Origin: an uncultured Methanosarcinales archaeon
GTDB taxonomy: Archaea; Nanobdellota; Nanobdellia; Woesearchaeales; ARS49
Assembly (NCBI GenBank): GCA_964617195.1
Contig: CAZTVK010000015.1
Location: forward strand, 2,317 to 66,316
Length of the DNA: 64,000 nt
Reading direction: 5' to 3'
A program made the position numbers and the translations under genes. Positions within the stretch are counted from its first letter, which is position 1; each line of letters starts with the position of its first letter. The notes beneath the pieces are model-generated. The model was given only the letters and a program-made list of their open reading frames with translations. It was not told the DNA's origin and ran no database searches. Below are positions 58,067 to 64,000 of this stretch, piece by piece.

Positions 58067-58440
58067 CTCTGCTGATAAGGACTAGGCTCCTCTTTCCTTT
58101 CCAAACGATCAAGACGCTGCAAAACCGTCTCCAACTGAGCTTTAATCGTGTCTAATTTTGAAGAAATCAACTGCAACTGCTGCTCTGTCGTAACGGGAGC
58201 GAACTGCTGTTGCTGCGCTTGCTGCTGCGCAAAAGCCCTTGGAACTTGACCACTAAACTGCTGCTGCCCAAAATCCTCAACAGGAGGCTCGGTCAGTCCA
58301 GGCATCGGCCTAGGCATACCCATCTGCTCCATTCCCCCAGGCATATGCTGTTCAGAAGGAGCAAACTCGGCAGCACGTGGAAATTCCTGAGGCATCTCCT
58401 CTTCTTTTTTCCAGAACTTCAATTTATCCATCATGCCCAT
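58048..58440 (-). CDS. Hypothetical Q/P-rich coiled-coil protein
   Basis: 130-aa low-complexity ORF overlapping the lspA start by 19 nt. Confidence 0.4.
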   Translation of the reverse strand: MGMMDKLKFWKKEEEMPQEFPRAAEFAPSEQHMPGGMEQMGMPRPMPGLTEPPVEDFGQQQFSGQVPRAFAQQQAQQQQFAPVTTEQQLQLISSKLDTIKAQLETVLQRLDRLERKEEPSPYQQRWRTST

Positions 58441-58487
58441 AAAGACAAAGAAACACAGAGTTGCATTATAAAACTTTTGATAGGCTC

Positions 58488-59492
58488 TTAACCATCACAT
58501 ACATCATCATCGTTCGCATCCAAGCAATAACACACCTGATTATCAGCAATAGTAACAAGCGATCCAGGAGGAGCTGAACTCAAAACAGAATTAGCAGTCA
58601 CGATGCCTACAAGAGGCAAGCAAGTGATTTGAGGCTTGACAACACCAATCGCGAAGCACGGATTACTTACTATTATCAAATTTCCTATACCCCAACTCTG
58701 ACTTCCAATATACCATGAAACGTCAATCTTGTCTGCCATCTTGTTCTCAAAGTCCAATATGCTGGCAAGAACCGCAGGACAACCACTCGTGCTCTGGGAA
58801 TCAGCAGCAACACCATTCAATGAAATAGTGGCTCCGATACTGTTCGAACACCAGTTGTGATGATGAGCAATATTTGGTTCAACAATCTTCAGCTTGTCAA
58901 CAACCCTTGCAGTGAAGCTCTTCGACCAAGAATTTCCAAAAGCCTGGCCGCTCGCAATATCCTCCTGCACGCAAACCTGACAGACATTTCCGACACCATT
59001 CGAATCACTATCAGCCTGATTATAGTTTGCAACGTTCACGCAATTATCGCAAACATCACCGCGCTTATCCCTATCAGCATCAGCCTGATCAGCATTAGAA
59101 GTCATAGGACAATTATCAATAACATTGGCAACACCATCGCCATCAAGATCAGGAAGAATATCAGTAACGTCCATCACCACAATAAAAGATCTGGGCGGCT
59201 GAACATACTTAATAATCGCGTATTTAGTAACGGTTCCACGCTCTGAAGTAGCAGTAATCTTACGAGAACCAAGAGGAACATTTGAGAATGTTGCGATACC
59301 GCCACTGGTAGTTGTCTGCGTGCACATAGTCGGATAAGCATCATCACACATGTCAATAATCACTCCTGGCGCTCTAGGACTGGTAGCAATTTGCACTTTG
59401 GTGGTTTGAGGACCGGTAGCCCTGCCAGGACCAATGCAAGACGCGATTAATAATAAAGAGAGAACTGCTAATACCATCACCAGCTTTTTCAT
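58488..59492 (-). CDS. Lipoprotein with thrombospondin type-3 (Ca-binding) repeats
   Basis: Signal peptide with lipobox LLIASC. DLDGDGVANVIDNCP, NADQADADRDKRGDVCDNC and NQADSDSNGVGNVCQVC repeats. Confidence 0.65.
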   Translation of the reverse strand: MKKLVMVLAVLSLLLIASCIGPGRATGPQTTKVQIATSPRAPGVIIDMCDDAYPTMCTQTTTSGGIATFSNVPLGSRKITATSERGTVTKYAIIKYVQPPRSFIVVMDVTDILPDLDGDGVANVIDNCPMTSNADQADADRDKRGDVCDNCVNVANYNQADSDSNGVGNVCQVCVQEDIASGQAFGNSWSKSFTARVVDKLKIVEPNIAHHHNWCSNSIGATISLNGVAADSQSTSGCPAVLASILDFENKMADKIDVSWYIGSQSWGIGNLIIVSNPCFAIGVVKPQITCLPLVGIVTANSVLSSAPPGSLVTIADNQVCYCLDANDDDVCDG

Positions 59493-59558
59493 TAAAGATA
59501 CTTTACCAAGATACGTATTTAAAACTTTCCCCTGATAAAAGGACCTCTGAATCTTAAA

Positions 59559-60122
59559 CTACTTTCCTGCAGAAATGAGTTTGCTGTATTTTCTAACAAG
59601 CGGATCATCATCGCTAAGATGCTCAGTCATTATTGCCACACGCTCAGCCAACTCATAGACCGCATCAGGATTTCCAGCAGACAATGCTTTCTCCAATTCT
59701 TTCAATTGAACTTTAGGATCGCTAATACGCCTTTCATAGGCTTCCAAACGTCTGACAGCACCACGATAACGCTGTTCAAACAACTCGCCAATCCGCCTGC
59801 TAATCGTACCTAAACATTCTTCGCGCGTCTGATTTAACTCCTCATCTCTCATTGGAGCGCTTTGCGTCCTTCTATGACGCCTCTTTATCATATTGTCCAA
59901 CACCACACTATGTTCTAACACTCTACGAACTGTACTCAGAGCCAGAAACCTTGAAGACAAACCTGCGTGGCCGACATACAGACTTTCGCTTCCTATACCA
60001 ATCACATTACCAAACATAAGCGTTTCCAATTGGCCAAGAATGTTCCCCGTTCCTACAGAATTATGATTACTGATATAGCGCCTATCACGCTCATAATCCG
60101 GTTGGGCATAAGCTGTCGTCAT
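59559..60122 (-). CDS. Hypothetical protein
   Basis: 187-aa ORF. Confidence 0.4.
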   Translation of the reverse strand: MTTAYAQPDYERDRRYISNHNSVGTGNILGQLETLMFGNVIGIGSESLYVGHAGLSSRFLALSTVRRVLEHSVVLDNMIKRRHRRTQSAPMRDEELNQTREECLGTISRRIGELFEQRYRGAVRRLEAYERRISDPKVQLKELEKALSAGNPDAVYELAERVAIMTEHLSDDDPLVRKYSKLISAGK

Positions 60123-60191
60123 ATAGTATACATAGAATTCCTCCTATATAAATCTTTCTGTTTTTACTACTCAATAGTGACTAAATAGTAC

Positions 60192-60208
60192 GGGGGCAAG
60201 TATATAAA
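60192..60208 (+). promoter_or_regulatory. G-run + TATATAAA promoter, ~23 bp upstream of the ogg start
   Basis: gggggcaagtatataaa, then ATG at 60231. Confidence 0.5.
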
Positions 60209-60230
60209 CATCCTGCTCTAAAAAGCCCAT

Positions 60231-61016
60231 ATGAAGATAGGGGTGGATACGTTCAGCCTGCAGCACACGCTAGATTCAGGACAATTCTTCAGATACCAGA
60301 AAATAGGAGACTGGTACCACTGCCAGGAAAGAGACGCGCATTTCAAGATAAGGCAAACCGGCGATATTCTTGAATTTGACGGCACTACGAAAAAGCACAT
60401 CAAAAAACTGTTCGGCCTCAATCAAGACTACAAAAAAATAATCACCATCCTGTCAAAAGACAAAACACTGCTTCCAGCAATAAAACAATACCGCGGACTG
60501 CGGTTAATGGAACGCGACCCATGGGAAACACTCGTATCATTCCAATGCAGCATATTCTCAAACATCAAAAAAATCAAGCTAAACATGAACTGCCTCGCAA
60601 AAGAATTCGGAAAAGAAAACATGCCAGGAAAATATGCTTTTCCAGAACCAGGAAAAATTGACGATTTGCAAAAAATCAAGAAATGCGCAACAGGATTCAG
60701 AGCAAAATACATCCACGCTGCAAACTCAATGGTTGACGACGCATATTTTGCGAAATTGAGAAAGAAAAAATACGAAGACGCGCTGCAAGAGCTAATGGAA
60801 CTCCCAGGCGTGGGAGAAAAAGTAGCAGACTGCATCTGCCTCTTCGCACTCGGCAAAACAGAAGCGTTCCCAGTAGACGTCTGGATACAAAGAATGATGA
60901 CAAAACTATACAAACAAGAAAAAATGAAAGACATCAAAAAATTCGCAGCACAAAGATGGGGAAACCTTGCGGGATACGCGCAACAATTCATATATCATTG
61001 GGGAAGACATCTATGA
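60231..61016 (+). CDS. ogg: 8-oxoguanine DNA glycosylase (Ogg family, HhH-GPD)
   Basis: LMELPGVGEKVADCICLFALG helix-hairpin-helix and FPVDVWIQR blocks. Confidence 0.75.
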   Translation: MKIGVDTFSLQHTLDSGQFFRYQKIGDWYHCQERDAHFKIRQTGDILEFDGTTKKHIKKLFGLNQDYKKIITILSKDKTLLPAIKQYRGLRLMERDPWETLVSFQCSIFSNIKKIKLNMNCLAKEFGKENMPGKYAFPEPGKIDDLQKIKKCATGFRAKYIHAANSMVDDAYFAKLRKKKYEDALQELMELPGVGEKVADCICLFALGKTEAFPVDVWIQRMMTKLYKQEKMKDIKKFAAQRWGNLAGYAQQFIYHWGRHL

Positions 61017-61378
61017 AAGCATTATCACTGAAACAACCATGGGCAGAACTCATCGTATCAGGAAAGAAAACGATTGAAGTCAGGAACTGGAACACGAAAT
61101 TCAGAGGAGAATTCCTAGTACACGCGTCAAAAAATACAAATAAAGAAAAAGAACGAGAATTCGGCTTCAAAGACCTGCCAACAGGATGCATCGTCGGCAA
61201 AGCAACGCTCTTAGACGTCAAAAAATACAAAACACAAAAAGAATTTGAGAAAGACTCTGACAAACATTACGCGCGCGGCTGGTGGAATTCAAAAGCGCAC
61301 GGATTCACACTCGCTAACGCGCAAAGACTCCCATTAAAACCAATAAAAGGAAAACTGAACTTCTTTGAAACAGCCTAA
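61013..61378 (+). CDS. ASCH-domain protein
   Basis: LKQPWAELIVSGKKTIEVRNW motif. Start at internal Met overlapping the ogg stop (ATGA). Confidence 0.65.
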   Translation: MKALSLKQPWAELIVSGKKTIEVRNWNTKFRGEFLVHASKNTNKEKEREFGFKDLPTGCIVGKATLLDVKKYKTQKEFEKDSDKHYARGWWNSKAHGFTLANAQRLPLKPIKGKLNFFETA

Positions 61379-62202
61379 ATCTTCACAAAGAAATTCTTCC
61401 CCCTAAAAGAACGCAACAAATCAGCACCAATCGCTCTCGCACTGATTTTCACCACATATTTTCCAGGAACAAGAGAAGCACGAGAAACACTAGAGCCGAA
61501 ACCAAAACAACGATTATTACCGATCAATTTCTTATTCATCGGAGAAGTCACAAGCGAGCCATCACGCAAAACTTCAACAGAAACAATTTCGCTTCCAAGC
61601 ACTTCCGTCAAAAACTCAGCATTCACTTCGCGCAATACTTCAAACTCAAACCAAGTCTCAACAACCCGCTCATCAGTCCTCGCCAGACAACTCAACTGCC
61701 AAGGCAAACTCACAGATTTAGTTTTCAAAGGAGTCTGCTCGCACATTGTCTGCGGCAAACAATTATCATAACATTTAGTTACGCGCAACACATCACCAAA
61801 AGTTCCTTCTGCGCACCTGCCGTCATCAACCAATTTGTAAACTGGCTTTGAAACTTTCAGACACGCGCCATTCTCACAGCCAAACTCGCAATCAATAATT
61901 TGAGCAACAACCTCATCATTATCGCACACATACTCTAGAACCTTTGAAATAGGCTGAAGCCCATCCTTTCTAACAGACAAACAAGAATCAGACAATAACT
62001 TATCACTCATCACACTGCCCTTCACAAAAACATCAAAACCATCAGAATCAACACACTTGACAACCTCTGCAGGAGAGGGTATCTGCTCAACAGGCACGGG
62101 CTGCTCAAAAACAGGAGATTCAACTTGGATGCTCGGCTGCTGAACAGACTCTTTTACAGGCATACAAGCAACAAGCAACAGAAGAAACACCAGCTTTTTC
62201 AT
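61375..62202 (-). CDS. Cys-rich secreted lipoprotein
   Basis: Start reassigned to MKKLVFLLLLVACMP (lipobox LVAC). The upstream part of the 370-aa ORF overlaps nth on the other strand. Confidence 0.55.
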   Translation of the reverse strand: MKKLVFLLLLVACMPVKESVQQPSIQVESPVFEQPVPVEQIPSPAEVVKCVDSDGFDVFVKGSVMSDKLLSDSCLSVRKDGLQPISKVLEYVCDNDEVVAQIIDCEFGCENGACLKVSKPVYKLVDDGRCAEGTFGDVLRVTKCYDNCLPQTMCEQTPLKTKSVSLPWQLSCLARTDERVVETWFEFEVLREVNAEFLTEVLGSEIVSVEVLRDGSLVTSPMNKKLIGNNRCFGFGSSVSRASLVPGKYVVKISARAIGADLLRSFRGKNFFVKI

Positions 62203-62254
62203 AACACGATTATCTTGCGCTAGATATATAAATATTCTCCAATCGCTCATTTCT

Positions 62255-62905
62255 ATGCCAACGCACGCAGAAATCGACAAAATACTGAAAATACTTGTAA
62301 AAGAACAAGGCACGAGCACAATGCTCGGAAGAATGAGCAAAAAATACGACCCATTCAAAGTTCTGATTTCTACCATTATGAGCGCACGGGCAAAAGACGA
62401 AATGACTGAGGTCATCGCGGAAAAATTGTTTGAAAAATATCCGACAGCAGAGAAATTAGCAAAGGCTGACAAAAAAGACGTCATCAAGATAATAAGAAAA
62501 ATAGGATTCTACAACGCAAAATCAAAGAACGTTATCAATTCTGCGAAAATGCTGCTTGAGAAATTCGACGGAAAAGTCCCAGACACGCTCGAACAACTAA
62601 TAGAACTGCCAGGAGTTGGAAGAAAAGTCGCGAACTGTGTGCTTGTTTACTCTTTTGGAATTGCCGCACTACCAATCGATACTCATTGCCACCGGATACC
62701 AAATAGGCTCGGATGGATTAAAACTAGAACTCCAGAAGAAACAGAGAAAAAACTCATGGAAATTGTGCCGAAAAAACATTGGCTTGTATTTAATGATACT
62801 TTTGTTGCTCACGGAAAGACCATCTGTGCCCCAATATCCCCCTTCTGCTCTAAATGTCCAATCTACAAATATTGCAAAAGAGTGGGCGTAAAAAGCCATC
62901 GATGA
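62255..62905 (+). CDS. nth: Endonuclease III (Nth), HhH-GPD with [4Fe-4S] cluster
   Basis: LIELPGVGRKVANCVL HhH, and C-terminal CAPISPFCSKCPIYKYC (Cx6Cx2Cx5C). Confidence 0.88.
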   Translation: MPTHAEIDKILKILVKEQGTSTMLGRMSKKYDPFKVLISTIMSARAKDEMTEVIAEKLFEKYPTAEKLAKADKKDVIKIIRKIGFYNAKSKNVINSAKMLLEKFDGKVPDTLEQLIELPGVGRKVANCVLVYSFGIAALPIDTHCHRIPNRLGWIKTRTPEETEKKLMEIVPKKHWLVFNDTFVAHGKTICAPISPFCSKCPIYKYCKRVGVKSHR

Positions 62906-63093
62906 TCTTCACTGGACATTTCCGTAAGATTTCCGGATTTTTATCGACGACAGCACTATCCACTGGACAACTACGCGTGAGCTTTATAAAGCAAAAACTA
63001 AATTAAAAATTCATGTCAAAAATCTCCCTTCAACAACTTGCGCCACATCTCACTAACACACACGCTAAACTTCAACTAATTTTTCTTCGAGAA

Positions 63094-64000
63094 ATGCTGA
63101 CAAAAGCCTCGAAATCTACGATACCTTATCGAAATTGCAATTTTGCGGCGAAGTTAGGATGCTCTTTTAATGAAAAATGGAGAATAGCTCCTGAAATAAT
63201 CGGGTGGTGGTATGGCAGAAAAACCATAAAGTTCTCAAGACTCATCAAATTGATTGATTTGTCGAATTCCGACTGGTCCGAAGTGGAGAAACAACTAATT
63301 TTTCTAAAAGCCGGTATGCGTAAAGGCGAAGTGTTTATCCGTTTTCCAATTGAACTTGATGAAAAGCTTGGAACTATTGTTGGCCATATCCTAGGCGACG
63401 GGTCTCTGGATAAAAAATATCGCCAAGTCTTTTTCACTAATTTAAATTCTGAATTATTACAAGAGTTCATAACAAATATGAAATTCATATTCGGCATAGA
63501 ACCCCGAATTTGGATTCAGGAAAGCCTTGGATTCAATAAAGCCAAATGGATTAAAAGAATTTACGATTTAAGCAAGAAAGAAAAATATCAGGTTGGTCTA
63601 TTTTATCCGTCTATTTGCGGCATTATTTTGCATGGAATGTTAGGAACCTTTGCAAATGGAAAAAATAAGTCCATAACTTCCCAAATTAAGAATGCTCCAA
63701 CCAGCTTCAAAAAAGGTTTATTACGAGCAATTTTTGATGACGAGGCAAATGTAGACGTTCCATCTCAGATGATTAGATTTTCTCAAGATAATAAGATTCT
63801 TACAGAAGAACTGAGATCAATGCTGAAAGAATTTGACATAGAACCAAATCCGATTCGTACATATTTCAGAGATGGAAAACCCCACCAGTACTTTAACATA
63901 ACCCACATCAAGAACTATTATCTTTTTGCCAATATAATCGGCTTTACTTCATCAAATAAAATAAATCTTTTGAAAAAAATGATAGAGCATGTAAGAGCAA
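63094..64000 (+). CDS. LAGLIDADG-family homing endonuclease-like protein (3' end beyond window)
   Basis: Open frame from ATG ~63094 to the window end. IVGHILGDGS and KKGLLRAIFDDEANV are the two LAGLIDADG motifs. In-frame stop at 63055 and a TATA (ctttataaag ~62985) upstream indicate a free-standing gene. Confidence 0.7.
   Translation, partial: MLTKASKSTIPYRNCNFAAKLGCSFNEKWRIAPEIIGWWYGRKTIKFSRLIKLIDLSNSDWSEVEKQLIFLKAGMRKGEVFIRFPIELDEKLGTIVGHILGDGSLDKKYRQVFFTNLNSELLQEFITNMKFIFGIEPRIWIQESLGFNKAKWIKRIYDLSKKEKYQVGLFYPSICGIILHGMLGTFANGKNKSITSQIKNAPTSFKKGLLRAIFDDEANVDVPSQMIRFSQDNKILTEELRSMLKEFDIEPNPIRTYFRDGKPHQYFNITHIKNYYLFANIIGFTSSNKINLLKKMIEHVRA

Noticed and set aside
62203-62487. N-terminal ~95 aa of the 370-aa minus-strand ORF (61375-62487)
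   Set aside because: Overlaps the genuine endonuclease III gene (62255-62905). The lipoprotein start MKKLVFLLLLVAC at 62202 is the credible start.
63126-63497. 123-aa minus-strand ORF
   Set aside because: Lies antisense within the LAGLIDADG endonuclease reading frame, and its translation has no recognisable features.
1-64000. CRISPR array, integrase/transposase or a classical defence island
   Set aside because: No regularly spaced direct repeats, and no recombinase, restriction-modification, Cas or abortive-infection signatures were seen on either strand. The only mobile-type gene is the LAGLIDADG endonuclease at the window end.
1-64000. Possibility that the contig is bacterial
   Set aside because: Split rpoB, rpoH, A'/A'' and the L30e-NusA(KH)-S12-S7 order, plus eS8, eL37, eL42, eS27, Nop10 and aIF2-alpha, are archaeal hallmarks. 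The bacterial-type genes (lspA, nrdR, rlmN-like, msrA) are interspersed singly and are more likely acquisitions.

Overview
This AT-rich, gene-dense window is archaeal. It has the canonical archaeal transcription/translation cluster rpoH-rpoB''-rpoB'-rpoA'-rpoA''-L30e-NusA-S12-S7 on the minus strand, with the RNA polymerase B subunit split into B''/B'. Archaea-specific ribosomal and RNP genes (S8e, L37e, Sm, L44e, S27e, Nop10, aIF2-alpha, PAC2) are scattered through it, and there are four tRNA genes of which three carry introns. TATA-type leaderless promoters precede many genes. Gene content and the low GC resemble DPANN-type archaea (inference). Coordinates I derived by hand may be off by 1-2 nt.

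Main contents:
- A complete minus-strand SUF Fe-S assembly operon (regulator-sufC-sufB-short sufD-sufS-sufU-DUF1858::sufA).
- A class II (adenosylcobalamin) ribonucleotide reductase, preceded by a bacterial-type NrdR repressor and followed by a PduO-type adenosyltransferase translationally coupled to a small Zn-ribbon ORF.
- A glycolytic and storage group: enolase, IMPase/FBPase, a histidine-phosphatase (PGM-family) protein and a eukaryotic-type GT3 glycogen synthase.
- DNA repair genes (endonuclease IV, Ogg, ASCH, Nth) and a free-standing LAGLIDADG endonuclease gene truncated by the window end.
- A RelE/ParE-type toxin-antitoxin pair with a repeat operator.
- A large surface repertoire: an S-layer-like 911-aa protein, three type IV pilin-like proteins with class III signal peptides, and several lipobox-bearing secreted proteins, two of them with thrombospondin type-3 Ca-binding repeats.

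Most worth a second look:
- A clear signal peptidase II (LspA) homolog in an archaeal context, with at least six lipobox proteins in the same window.
- The NrdR-NrdJ-PduO module with candidate operator palindromes.
- The eukaryotic-type glycogen synthase.
- A 345-aa protein built from three internal repeats with no recognisable family.
- A tRNA-Lys with an intron in the T-loop, and a duplicated 3' fragment of tRNA-Leu.
- A recurring G/C-run plus TATATAAA promoter motif.
- Several short genes below the ORF-track cutoff (Nop10, a Zn-ribbon ORF, a 19-aa acidic micro-ORF with a perfect SD).

No CRISPR array, integrase or obvious defence island was seen.
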